A stretch of DNA of 64,000 nt from the NCBI RefSeq assembly GCF_001194135.2, contig NC_068981.1:12034608-12098607 (forward strand). The letters run 5' to 3'. The stretch is from Octopus bimaculoides (Eukaryota). Below the pieces are notes generated by a model. The model worked only from the letters and a program-made list of their open reading frames with translations. It did not search any database and was not told where the DNA came from. Every line of letters starts with the position of its first letter. The first letter of the stretch is position 1. Position numbers and translations under genes: made by a program. This document shows positions 34,751 through 48,879 of this stretch, piece after piece.

Positions 34751-35305
34751 GATATTACACTGTTGCGTAGTGCATTATATACCTGCTGACTGACAACAGT
34801 TATTCATTTCGTAAGATTCGTAAGAGTAATTTTTTTTTTCTATTATTGTTTCGTTCGTAGTGCAATACTTATTCACTTTGTAGTACGAGGATGCTTTTTT
34901 AATGGATATATTCTACAATTTACAGAATCATATCACTCTATCTTTTTTAAAATTCTTGTTATGTCTTTTCTGCAGTACAGAGTGTTCAAATATAGCTGCA
35001 CCGTGATGTTTAAGAGGTTAGGTTTACAGCAGTGACGGCCAAGATCAGTGTGAATGAAGTCATATTAGGCTTGTGTCTTTTACCATAACATCTTGTCGGT
35101 TTCAGTGAGAGTTAAGTGTTAACACTAATTGTGAGAAAAAGTGTGAGGTGAATAAGATATGTAAAATGTCATTGCCAATTAAGGTTATAAAGTCTCGCTT
35201 ATTCCCTTTGAAATTTAACAAAGCGATTCCGTTCAATGCAATGTTTACAAACGTTCACAGTATACTAATGACCAGGAACTACTAACTACATCGTTGTATT
35301 CGATG

Positions 35306-35374
<69 letters not shown>

Positions 35375-36060
35375 ATTTATAAATGTATGTATGTATGTAT
35401 GTATGTATTTCTGTAAGTATGCCTGGTGTCGTTTTATTTTCATTTAATAGTACGTTCCCTTGCAGCGGGGGCTGATTTCTAAACAAAGAAACACACGCTC
35501 CATCGCTGGAATTTAAAATGTATCAAAGGCCAGTGCAAGGTGTTGTACTTTAAGACACTTTGGCCATGTTTTGCTCCTCTACATTCAGGTTGCATCTCTG
35601 AAGTTCCAGTTGGCAGAAAACTTTCAAACACCTGATAGAAATATTAATAAGAATACTCCATCAATGTTTCTAGTGTTGGTACATATGCTTGAATTTCAGA
35701 GTAGACTTGTTGCTTATATTCATACTTGGCTATATTTTCCCAGTTATAACATTTGTAAATAGTTTCAGTAATAACATCGCATGAAGTTAAGTATTTCTAA
35801 GTATTTTTATATGTTTGAATAACTGCTAATTATATTTGCTGTGTCCTATACAGAGCGGAAGAATATCCTCTTGCATCCTGGGGTTTTAAGGACTCACTCT
35901 TCGGCTTGGTCATGATATATCTCTCAGCTATCACTTGTGCTTGGATAGCACAGACGTAGATATTGTGATATGTCATGATGTAGTGCTCAAGAATCCAAGA
36001 GAGGCAATTCTAGTGAATATTTTCATAATTTTCAAGTTTTCAGAAAACATATTGATGCAG

Positions 36061-36061
<1 letters not shown>

Positions 36062-36127
<66 letters not shown>
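36062..36127. repeat. (CT)n microsatellite
   Basis: Directly visible. Confidence 0.97.
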
Positions 36128-36130
<3 letters not shown>

Positions 36131-37264
36131 TTCTGTCTCTCTTTCTTTCTTTGTATATGAGTATCTGTGGCGTAGATATTTGTATTACCAATCATCGTAT
36201 TCTAATATTCCGGAAGGAATTATTATTGTTAGCCTTTAAAAATCGCTGTTCATGCTCACACATGCAGCTTTTACAGGAGAAGTCACATTCCTTATACAAA
36301 ATACAAATTAAAGAAGAAAGATATTTCTGATACATCAGAAAATATCAACAAGTTTTCTACTTGCATTGTACATTTGCTTCAATCCTGAAATAAAAATAAA
36401 ACTGGCAAGTATTAATATGAAAATTACAAAAAGTCGTTAAGATATGAATACTAGTGCAGAAGACATAATAGTTAATATAGTTTCTTTTTTGCGAAAGGAA
36501 TTATATTTCATTATTTCTGTGTGTTTTCTATGGAGCACATTCAATTCTTGTACAAATTACAGTCATCATTATTCTGCTCCTAATCTTAAAACTCATCATT
36601 AACAAAAGTGTCATGGTCATAATATAATATAGTGTAATATAATGTAATATAATATGATATACATACATACATATATATATGTATATATATATATATATNN
36701 NNNNNNNNNNNNNNNNNNNNNNNNNNNNNNNNNNNNNNNNNNNNNNNNNNNNNNNNNNNNNNNNNNNNNNNNNNNNNNNNNNNNNNNNNNNNNNNNNNNN
36801 NNNNNNNNNNNNNNNNNNNNNNNNNNNNNNNNNNNNNNNNNNNNNNNNNNNNNNNNNNNNNNNNNNNNNNNNNNNNNNNNNNNNNNNNNNNNNNNNNNNN
36901 NNNNNNNNNNNNNNNNNNNNNNNNNNNNNNNNNNNNNNNNNNNNNNNNNNNNNNNNNNNNNNNNNNNNNNNNNNNNNNNNNNNNNNNNNNNNNNNNNNNN
37001 NNNNNNNNNNNNNNNNNNNNNNNNNNNNNNNNNNNNNNNNNNNNNNNNNNNNNNNNNNNNNNNNNNNNNNNNNNNNNNNNNNNNNNNNNNNNNNNNNNNN
37101 NNNNNNNNNNNNNNNNNNNNNNNNNNNNNNNNNNNNNNNNNNNNNNNNNNNNNNNNNNNNNNNNNNNNNNNNNNNNNNNNNNNNNNNNNNNNNNNNNNNN
37201 NNNNNNNNNNNNNNNNNNNNNNNNNNNNNNNNNNNNNNNNNNNNNNNNNNNNNNNNNNNNNNNN

Positions 37265-37346
<82 letters not shown>

Positions 37347-37786
37347 AATATGCATATACACACGATAACTACCCCCTCACACGCACATACACACACATAT
37401 ATTCACACGCGTAGTATATACTGGTTTACCAAAAGCATCTGCATTCATACAGGATATGAATACACCGGATTTATATAGATTATCGTTGAAGTTGTTATCA
37501 CATTATCTAACGTCCTTCGATATACCAAAATAAATATTTCATTTGAAATGCTAACCATATGAAGTTTCTGTGGCTACTAACGTTTATATAAAAAGCAAAC
37601 GCCAACATTTAGAAAATAGTCTAAGTTACATCTTTTGATTAAAATATTACGTGACTAGTATCCAAACATTTTACATGTATCAAAGCTGTATCAATAACAG
37701 CTGTTATAACTTTGGTATTGTGTTGAGAAATGAATTTAGCTTTGGCTTTATTAAACACTTAGACGAAGAAGACACGGAGTAGTAGA

Positions 37787-37879
37787 TGAAGAAGAAGAAG
37801 AAGAAGAAGAAGAAGAAGAAGAAGAAGAAGAAGATGAAGAAGAAAAAGAAGAAGAAGAAGAAGAAGAAGAAGAAGAAGA
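37787..37879. repeat. (GAA)n microsatellite running into a gap
   Basis: Directly visible. Confidence 0.97.
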
Positions 37880-39140
37880 NNNNNNNNNNNNNNNNNNNNN
37901 NNNNNNNNNNNNNNNNNNNNNNNNNNNNNNNNNNNNNNNNNNNNNNNNNNNNNNNNNNNNNNNNNNNNNNNNNNNNNNNNNNNNNNNNNNNNNNNNNNNN
38001 NNNNNNNNNNNNNNNNNNNNNNNNNNNNNNNNNNNNNNNNNNNNNNNNNNNNNNNNNNNNNNNNNNNNNNNNNNNNNNNNNNNNNNNNNNNNNNNNNNNN
38101 NTTACATATATATATATTACATATAGGGAAATAAGGGAAGAGAGGATAGAGCGAGATGGTTGAGAAAGTGCGATGCGAATTGGGTGTCTGCATCAAAATA
38201 CATAAATACATCGTTTCCACCTTCTTGTTCGTTTATTTTAGTCGAGTCCATTATTACACCTTTTACGTATCATTTATTACACATGAAGTGTTTGAATGCC
38301 ATAATAAACTATGAGTAGAGAAAAGAAACGAAAAGAGCTATCGTATAACCAGCTCCCGAATCGTCTTCCCGTCCCGACAACATTCTGCAAACTACTCAGC
38401 TCCATCCAAATTGTTGGAATAAAAAACGTTGACAGATCATTTCATTAGCTGCATCTTAGTGATATAATAAAGTTACAGCGGTCTAGAGTAATTATAACTG
38501 CTTCTCCTAAAACAACTTCAAAACTTTTAGAATACACTTCGAATCAAAGTAGACAAAGTTATTTCCTACTCATAGTCTTTTCTCTTGTTTATTTTGCAGC
38601 AGTCAATACGTAGAGTTTTATGAACCGAATATATTTTTGTGAGAATTGTTTAATACATTTAGCATTTTACTTCATATTATTTAATACTACGTAGAGGTCC
38701 ATGAAGCACGGCAATTAGTATTCAAACGTGTATAATTATATTTAACATGTTTGTGTACACGCCATTAGAAAAAGATTTCCACGTGGGGTATCTGCCTTAG
38801 AAACGAAATTTCTGTTATACACAATGTGTTTGAAAATACTTACGGGCCATAAATAATGTCATCGTCTCTGCGTCGTTCCACTTCATCTTCCTTAATCACT
38901 AAGGACTGCAGTTCGTTTATTTGGCAACAAATAGAAAATTTGCTGATGTACGCAAAGCTTTGCCGAGATTGTATTGCTTAACTGGATGTAATTTAAGCCT
39001 TATGATTAAAATAAAGACATTTTCAATTACATATGACATGTTTTTCTACTAGTCTTTTCAGTACATTAAACGATGAAAATTTTCCATACTTTTGTACAAA
39101 TTTTGTAATTTCTAAATTTACTGCCGCTTACATTTCGTAC

Positions 39141-39336
39141 TATTTTGGCACAAAACCAGTAAATTTAAGTGGAGGGGTTAATCGATTACATCGATCCCAT
39201 TACTCGGCTGGTACTTATTTTTATCAAAGCAGATAGAATAAAAGACAAAGTCGATCTGGACGAAGTATAAAATCGAAACTTCAAGACGGATGAAATATTT
39301 CGTCCGGCGTGGTAAAAATTTTGCTAGCTCGCAACC
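39141..39336 (-). mobile_element. tRNA-derived SINE (degenerate)
   Basis: AATCGATTACATCGATCCC...CTGGTACTTATTTTTATC...AAAGTCGA is the reverse of the family core. Confidence 0.75.
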
Positions 39337-42300
39337 TTCTCCTCAAGCTTATAATGTTTATAGTTGTAATATACATTTGTAGCTAAATACAAATTGAGTA
39401 TAGCGAGAAATTCTTCCAATTTGAATAGGTTAAACGTCAAGCTTAACCAGTTTCGTGATTGGATGCCTGTTTGGGCAAATTTTCCTGGATTTGAAAACTA
39501 ATTCACACAGCAAAGATTGCTTGAGCTGTATTATAATAAAAGTATTTGGATACGATGAATGCTCTTAATATTCCCTTTTCAACAATCACTGTGTCTTCAA
39601 GTCAATATTTTCCATTTGCATGTTACTAAGCAATTTTCCGTTTTGTTTTGTTCACTATATGAATGAGTTTTTAAATGCAAGCTTTAATTCTTTAGCAAGA
39701 TCACGAAACATCGACAAGATTTACGCTAAGCGAGTAATTTCAAATACGTTGTTGGGTTCTACTAAAGTAACGGGAAACAGAGTAAACTCTCAGAATAGGC
39801 GTTTGGATTGCCATTTCATTTTATAAACAGCACGATAATTCTTTAGAGCTTCTCGTAATGTTTGCTTTACGAAGTGCAATGCAGTATATTTCCGTATGTC
39901 TTTCGTATACTAACAATTGACTTCCTACCGGAAAATTTCTACTGTAATTTAGTCAACGCTTAAACAAGTCCATCAAACGCTTCTTTCATTGCAAATTTTA
40001 CCTATATTCTTTTTATAAAATATATATTTCCTTCTGTAGAATTATTTGGTTTTATTACCTGCGAAATTTTTCCGTATCGCAGACATGTTATTTAAATATT
40101 TTACCATACAGTTGTATTTTCCATAATGGTATCTATTAAGATCGTATCTAATATTGTGTGTGCATCGACCTCGGAAACAATGCATCTTCCGGTGTACTTA
40201 TTATAATTATGAGTTCCGTTCATATATGTTCATTCAATTCACATCTACTTTGTTTTTCTATTTTGTTCTTTTTCTTTATCTTTTACTAATATTTCTTCTA
40301 TAGTCACACACAATGTAAAACTGAGGCTTAATTATCGAAAGAAATGTAATCTCCTACTGATCTTCGCAAAGAACGAAGTACAATTCCAAAGCGTACTTGT
40401 GAGCAATGTAAATCAAGTAAACATACAAAGGCCGATACTAGCTGCAGCCTCAGTTTTAATGGCGTATCAGGCGTGCATAGAAATAGTTGTGGATATGTGT
40501 TTAAGGCACCATTTCTAATTTTTTCCATGCGCCATTTCTACCGGCTCTGTTACAGGTTTCCAGTCAGTCTGTTCTCTACATAATTCCAAACATTGTAGTC
40601 TATAGTTGATAAGAAAGAAAATATAAATATATTTCTTAAGAAATGTCCACAGTATCGAATTTGATGACTCCTTCACAGATAAACATTGATTAATATATTT
40701 CTCCTTTAGTTTTTTTGTCGTCTTTACGATAACAACTGATGTATCAATCTATACAAACAAATATTTACATATATAGATATAGACATATACGATATCAGAC
40801 AAATACACAAACACACATACACACAAAGGCACACTCTCACACATTTTTAATTAAAATAATGCATAAGGCTGTGACATAATCCATATACCACATACTTCGA
40901 AGCATTTTCTTTCTCACATGCTCAATAATATCATGATGTTTTCTTCTGATCTATTAAACCAGTAGAACATCTCGACGTTCGTGTAGATATCCATCATCAC
41001 GTTATTATTATTTTCATCGCATGTCTGAGTAAATCATCATTTATATATTATATACAGTATCTAATAAATAAATGTATATTCAATGATTAATACAGAAAAG
41101 GCAACTGGAAAAAAAAAAACAAGCAAAAAACTTAGCCTACGCATTTGCATAAATGCCTAGTGAGATGAACTAGATTCTATGCAACGCATTTTCCTGAAAG
41201 GCCGCAAGGCCTCCTGACTAAAATACATACTAATTTCCATTGTTTCTTTTTCAGTTTAATGCTTTCTTTTACCAAACAAAATATTCGGCAGCATATTTTT
41301 ACTTTTTCGAAGGTTTTTATTTTAAAATTATTTTAGCACAACACGCAAGAGATTTTACTTTTTTGTATCCCTAGATGATATATTTTGCCTCGAGACAAAA
41401 CAGTAGTTTCAATTCTATGTTGAAAACATAAAAACGTTCTTATACAGATTACATAATGCAAAGACTCTACGTATATATTATATTCGAACAAGTCACATGC
41501 TACAAACTTCGTACCAACACAACCAAATATATTAAAGATTTTTTGTTTCCTAGAGAATTACATATTTTTCAGATAATTTATTCGAACTAAGATAAAGCCA
41601 AACGTTTAAATATTCCTGTACATGTTTGTTTATACAGTTCTACTGACTACGTCCGCAAGTATATATGAAGTGGAGCTGTTAGAAGACGTTAGAGTTAATC
41701 ACTATATCATAAAGAACTCAGTTTGTTAACAACACATTTATAATATATTTTTCTAATGAAGGTTTCCACTAGGAAAAAAAAAACTATATAATTTTCTGTT
41801 GCGATCATGTGTAATGTATTTTATAATGTAACATCCTAAACAATATGCGTCATATATAGTATTATATATCCACAATATATATATAAAGAGTTACGAAATG
41901 GAGTTGGAAAAAACTGGGCTCCATGTGTTACATACTCTAAGGCCAAGGATATTTAGATAAGATTAAAGGCTACGTTGTCGCAAGGCGGTACATTTTTACG
42001 CAAAAAGAATTCAATCAGAATGTGAGGAAAGCACAGTATGTGAGGGCTATAGAAATGTGGGGAAAAATTAGTATTAGAAGAGGGGTAGAAAGAAGAGAAA
42101 TAAATAAAATAAGATGAAATAAACTATAGGGGACAGAGAGGAAGGAGGAATTGGGCTGGACAATATTAGATTATGCAGTAGTTTAGCATAATCACAGCAT
42201 TTAATATTCGGATTGGTATTTGAAGAGAGTTTCGGTATTCAATTGTGGACGTTATAGGCGGGTTCAAGTTCGTTTAATCCGATTGGGAATTGGGTTTACC

Positions 42301-42374
42301 TGGAAGAAGATAGGGTTTTGCAAGTGCATGTTGGTTTCTGCATTGGTAGGTTGTGGTACATATAGGCTTAGGGG

Positions 42375-42416
<42 letters not shown>

Positions 42417-44639
42417 NNNNNNNNNNNNNNNNNNNNNNNNNNNNNNNNNNNNNNNNNNNNNNNNNNNNNNNNNNNNNNNNNNNNNNNNNNNNNNNNNNNN
42501 NNNNNNNNNNNNNNNNNNNNNNNNNNNNNNNNNNNNNNNNNNNNNNNNNNNNNNNNNNNNNNNNNNNNNNNNNNNNNNNNNNNNNNNNNNNNNNNNNNNN
42601 NNNNNNNNNNNNNNNNNNNNNNNNNNNNNNNNNNNNNNNNNNNNNNNNNNNNNNNNNNNNNNNNNNNNNNNNNNNNNNNNNNNNNNNNNNNNNNNNNNNN
42701 NNNNNNNNNNNNNNNNNNNNNNNNNNNNNNNNNNNNNNNNNNNNNNNNNNNNNNNNNNNNNNNNNNNNNNNNNNNNNNNNNNNNNNNNNNNNNNNNNNNN
42801 NNNNNNNNNNNNNNNNNNNNNNNNNNNNNNNNNNNNNNNNNNNNNNNNNNNNNNNNNNNNNNNNNNNNNNNNNNNNNNNNNNNNNNNNNNNNNNNNNNNN
42901 NNNNNNNNNNNNNNNNNNNNNNNNNNNNNNNNNNNNNNNNNNNNNNNNNNNNNNNNNNNNNNNNNNNNNNNNNNNNNNNNNNNNNNNNNNNATATATATA
43001 TATATATATATATATAGGTAACATTGCAACAGTAGGCGAATTGAAGTGAAAATTGCAAAAAAGAAACAAGACGAAATACGAAAAATAGAAGAATAATATC
43101 GTTAGAGATGTTAAAAAATTGAGATCGAAAATAACCACGACGCTGTACGAAGTGTGAGCATGTTGACAGTTTTAACTTGTGCTATAGTTGTATGCAAATC
43201 TAAGAAGAGTAAAAGAGTGCGAATGGAATTGCAAAACATATAAATGCAGTTAGTGTAAAAATGTTGAGAGGCAGCCAAAATCGCAATAAGAAATATAATT
43301 GTATTTATCAAAATAATGAAAATGAAAATACAATATGTTTAACATCATCAACGTAACAAATCTGAAATATGCTCTTGTGTTTGTGAGCATATATTTTGAA
43401 GTTATGGCAATTATGTAAAGAAAGACAATGTAAAAAGGCAAAACTACCCAGTGCAAGGTATTTAGAAAGGACGTATATGAAGGATTGACAAGATTGATAA
43501 TTTAGATGTAAAAGTAGCAAACAGCAATTCATTCGATCTGTTAAGTAAATTCATAGATGCATTGTAAGCAGCTGCAATATAATATTAATTAAATATATTT
43601 AATGTGATAATTTTGCAATATATTGTATAAAAGATATGCGAAAATAACAGAGGAACACAGAATAAGACTTACATATTGTAATCTATTAGATGAGATAAGT
43701 TTAATCCCTCCGCTCTGTAGATTAAAGCAACAATAAAAACAAAATCAACATCATCATCGACAACACTACCAACAACATCAACTACAACAACTACTACAAT
43801 AATAATAATAATGCCTATTAACCGGTTCTGCTTAGAAATAAACCAGAATGGAGGAGAGTTTAACTGTTGCGGAAGCGCGTGTACATCTGGAAAGAAAAAG
43901 CCTACTGGAATATTTGCAGAACAGCGCAGAGAAATTATTGAAGGCAATGAATAGAGAAAAAAGTGAACAAATGTGGGATAGGAGAAAAGGACAAGAATGA
44001 AAATGGAAGAGATAGATAGGTAGGTAGGTAGATAGATAGATAGATAGATAGATAGATATGGAGAGAGGGTATATTAAATAGATTGATGAAAAACCATTGC
44101 TAGTCAGTTTTGTAAAGCCAGTGAGAATGTATGTTAAATATTTGTAATTTCAAAGAAGGAACAAAGATCCTTATTGTAGCAACTCAAGCGAAAGGTTTTG
44201 AAAAGAAACAACACGAGAAAATGTGTGTGTGGGGGGAAACGTGTCAGTAAAATGCAGTGTATGCAGAATTTGGGATGAAGCAATGGCATACATTCTCACA
44301 GAATGATCGAAGTTGGCTCAATGAGATTATAAAAAACGTACTTTAGAAACTTTTGCTCTGAATACGTTGTCTGAAATGGGTGATTACAGGCTGAAGCTGA
44401 AAGTACTTGATATATTCAACGGATAGAAAGAGAACTTGAGTTGGGAAAATGCAAGATTTTATAGGATTTTCCAATTCGAACGGATAAGACGATAGAAAAT
44501 GATAAGAAATATCTAAAATTAGGCAGGTAAAAGCGAATTTACTTAGTGATTGATCCATCATGTCTGTTTGAATTGTGAAGAAAGAAGAGGAACAACTATC
44601 AGGTTCAGTTTGTGAACCATGACAAATTTGTACCGGGTT

Positions 44640-45810
44640 TTGCAGTTTGGATTAGAAGAAAAAAATGTTTTGAAATTGTCTGATAATATATACATGGACT
44701 TGCCGAAATGCATCAATAAATTAACATTGATATTTTTTTTCACCGTTGTTACTTTCATCTGGAATAGACCTGTTAAGTCGCGATATTCGAGCAATTTTGC
44801 TATACAACTTCAAAAAAGTAGGTAAAGGAGTTGAAACGTTTGGTGAGGAAATGAACAGTGAGTGGCCAGCTCGAAAATGGTTTAAACGATTTCACAGTGG
44901 AGACCTGAATGTTGGCGATGCTGAGCGTAGTGGACGCCTATCTGTCTTCGATGACGGTCAATTAAAGACCGCCATTGAGAAGGATCCACGTAAACCCACT
45001 CGAGAACTGGTAAAGTAACTTCAAATTAGCCAGAAATCTGCCTGCAACCATTTGTATGCGATCGGGAAATTAAAACAATCTGGCCAAATGATTGCCACAC
45101 GATTTCATTGAAAATCAGAAAATGCACAGATATAAAGCAGACCGATCCATTTCACGACCGTATAGTAACTTGCGATGAAAAGTGGATATTGTGCAATAGT
45201 GAAAAACGGTCTTCACAGTGGTTCGACGAAAATGAAGCACTGAGATCCTTCGCTAAACTTGAGCTCTTTAAAGAGAAGATTATGCTGACTGTTAGGTGGT
45301 GTACTGCTAGACCCACCCACTATAACTTCTTAAACCTTGGGTAAAACCATTACAGAAGAAGCATATTCCCATGAAATTTCCGAAATGAACGAAATGCTGC
45401 TACTCCTCCGTCCACACTAGAGGGCCAATTGATGTTCATGACAATGCTCGACCACCCGTTTCAAGAATGACGCTCCAGGAGTTGAGGGAACTTGTCTAAG
45501 ATGCTCCTCCCCACCCAGCTTATTCCCCAAACCTTTCTCCAACCGACTTTCACTCTTTCAAGCACCTTGATGGTTTCCTGCTAGAGAAGGAGTTCAAAAA
45601 TCAAACCGATGCTGAAAGTGCGTTCAAAGAGTTCATCAGTTACTGAACCTTATATGTTAATTTTACCGGAATCAACAAAATTGTAACTCGTTGGCAAAAA
45701 TGTATTGAATGTATTGGTCCTTACTCCGGCGAATAATCTTTCTGCATCGATGAAATTTAACTTTTATGCTTCAAAACGTTGCTTACTGTTTTCTCAGCCG
45801 GACAAAAATA
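44640..45810 (+). mobile_element. mariner-family (DD34D) transposon, near full-length and decayed
   Basis: IRAILLYNFK...ARKWFKRFHSGDLNVGDAERSGR, DRIVTCDEKWIL, VHDNARP, HPAYSPNLSPTDFH and KIVTRWQKCIE. All three catalytic D motifs are visible. TIRs are too degenerate to delimit. Confidence 0.93.
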
Positions 45811-46129
45811 TGCACTCCCTTAAAATTTGAGTTTGCGAGAATTTGGAATATGGAAACTGTAAACGTTGTAACAGCAGTAAATGGAGCATGAGGGCATATT
45901 AGAGATAGGGACAAATAGTTGAAGAAGATTGGAATGGAATCTCCTGCAAACATTCATAAAATGTTTACCAATTAGGAACAGAGTATCATTTAAAAGATTA
46001 TTGAAAGCTTGCAGATATCTAGGCTTACCGGTAGCTCGCTAACCACTTCAGTTCTACCAAGAAGTAAGGTAAATAAAGTAATGATAGTAACAATATGTTT
46101 TCCTGTTTGTCTGCCTAATTTGGTTAGTT

Positions 46130-48870
46130 CATTATTTTTTTCCTTTACACTCAACAGGTGAGACTATTGCAAAAGGAAAATCCTGACATCGGGCTACAGA
46201 AAGTACTCTTAGATGCCAAAAACCTTCCTTAGTATCCTAGCTGTTCTTAACAACACTGTTTTCTGGAGGTCTTGATTTTATACCTATTTCCTCTATCCAT
46301 CTGTTCAGACCATTGCGATAGTTTCCAATGCACATATAACTACTGGGATGCATTCTATCCGCAATTTCCATAGACTCTATGGTTCATTAGCTAGGTCCTG
46401 GTACTTTACTATTTTCCTATTCTTCTCATATTAATGTTCTCAACATTTGGTAGTATAAAGTCAATTACCTGGCACTTTGTATTCTTTTTATCAGTTACTA
46501 CCAAATCAGGCATTCTAGCTTTATTTACTCTGTCAGTCTGAATGTTGATGGCCCACAATATCATATATTTCTTACTTTTTAGAGATTTACGATGTTCATC
46601 TTCGTACCATTTATCAGTATATTCAACTCAAGGTTCTCTGCATAGATCCTAGTGGATTAGTCTCCCTAGATTGTCTTGTATTCTTTCTGTGCCAGCGTGC
46701 TACCTTCACTTACTATATGAGTAACGCTTTCCTCATTTGATTTGAAAAATCTACATTGGGAATCTCCTAGGTTTGTCTATTTTGGCTTTTATATAAACTG
46801 TCCTTAATGCTTGATCTTGTGGAGCGACTAACACACTTTCTATCTCCCTCTTCAGATTTCATTTCATAACCTTATCTCACTACTACTATTTGCTGCAAAT
46901 ATCCTTGAGAATCTACCATGCAACGCCTTCTGCTGTCAGTCAGATAACATTTGTTCTTTATTCTGGCTTTTAAGTTAGTTTGGCTATTTGGCTTTACCTA
47001 TGTCTTGCTGTGACTCTAGCAGCTTTTAATAAACCTTCTTCACTATTTCAACATAGGTGTCTTTATCTACTCGACCTAACGCAACACAGTCTTCTATTGA
47101 TATTCAGCCTCTTCCACCTTCGTTTATAGGTAGCTATAATCTTGCTACTCCTGCACTTGGGTGGAGTCGTCCGTTTATACTGAATTCCTTCATACCTCTT
47201 CAGTCTGGCTTTGCTAATTCAGTTGTTTCCAACTATAACAGTTGCTGAGTATCCAAGTATTGACACTGCTCAAATATATACAGCCTTCACTAGATTCGGA
47301 CCATTTAGCTTTGACTTCACCAGCTTTCTCAAATTTCTGATGTACTCCATCTCAATTTTCGTTTTCATTTCTGTAGTTAGTTCCCTGTCAGATACTAATA
47401 CGCTTAGATACTTATAACTCTCATCATTTCATTGATTTTAATGTCTTGCCATCATGCATAAAACATATATTAAAGGGGAAAACGAGTCCTCTGATAATTT
47501 CTCTTTTGATATAAATTTTGCCAGACTGTGTCACCTGAGTATAGATCTACTTTCCATTTCTTCATACTACAGCTAATTAGTTCTCTTCTGTTGTCTGCTT
47601 TACTGAACAGCCTCTCATGGAAACTACTAAATTTTATTTAGCCAGTAATTTTAAACTAAGTCTTGTCCTGGGTCCCATCCAGTTCAGCATTTATCCTTAG
47701 ACGCTACTCATTAATGACCTAATTAATCTTATATCTGGCTGCTTCTCACTCATTATTTTTTCCCTCACGTTCTTCAACCATACAGCATCTCCATTATGTT
47801 TGACTGGCTTATTCCAAATATTACTCCAAAACCTCGTATCTCTTTCTGCATTGAGTACTTCGTTCTCCACTATGTATTTGGTTATAAAATCTCCTGTAGT
47901 CTGTCTCATATAATCTATTCTATCGATCCTGATCTATTTTTTTCTGATAGCTGGAGATATTGCAAGATATGATATTCTGTTTCAATTCTTGTATTACTGT
48001 CCGAAATACTTTCTCTTTGACTAACTATCTTTTCTCAAGGGAATATTTCCATCTTATGTTCCCTAATTAGTTCAGTTTCCAGGCATCTATTCTTTCAAAT
48101 CTTGTCTTAAAGTCTTCACTTAATTTTGTAGACTCCTTTTCCACATTTGTTATTTTTAAATCTTTCCCTGTAAGATATCTAATCCTCTGGTGACTACTAC
48201 TCCTCCTGCATTGATCAATAAATTAGTGTCTCCTATATCTTTAGTATTTCTCCTCCTGATAACAGAATCTACCTTCCTGGTCATAACTACCAGTTTCCTA
48301 CTGGTGGCACCTTTCATTGCTGGCAACATTCTTCTTAATGCTTTACTCATTACTTCCTGCAACTCAACAGTAATCTTCCCATCTCCACTTTAATCCCTTA
48401 ACTCGCAGGTGCCAGTTGTCCCTTCCTTACTGGTAGTGCTATTATTATTTTTTCCCCTTTAGTTTCTTCTTTGGTTTGAGCCGTATCTCCTTTATTGTTA
48501 TTTGTGTTTTCTACAACATGGTATTTCTTTCCCAGTTCTCTTGTGATCTCTTCTACCTCCAATTCTGTCATCTAATTTGTTCTTCTAATAGTATTAGCTG
48601 GATCAGCTAACCTCTGCTCATTCACATACGCTTGCCTAACGAAAATCTTAACATCCGTTTTCTATAGCCTCTTTTAGGTTCACTTTCTTACTAGTAGTGC
48701 ATCAATATCCTGTTTTCTTCGCTGGCTTTCTTCCTCCTCCTTACACTATTAACTCTTGATGCTGTATAAGGATAGCAGTTTTGGTCAGTCTGCAATTTTA
48801 CTGAACCACTGTCGAGCGAGATGCCTTCCCTTAATGGTCCAGCTTCACTTTCGTTTCTACAGTCTACTCA
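46130..48870 (-). mobile_element. R4/Dong-like RLE non-LTR retrotransposon, spanning N-terminus to 3' end, decayed, with the RT core deleted
   Basis: The N-terminus reads RRKKASEENRILMHY**ESEPKRGYRKRML...EQRLAD. The RT parts include FWSNIWNKPVKHNGDAVWL and YKYL...SKLNGPNLVKAV. The RLE reads ILWAINIQTDRVNKARMPDLVV...KYQDLA...LWK...PVVICALETI...LLRTARILRKVLGI*. Confidence 0.88.
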
Positions 48871-48879
48871 TCAGGAAAG

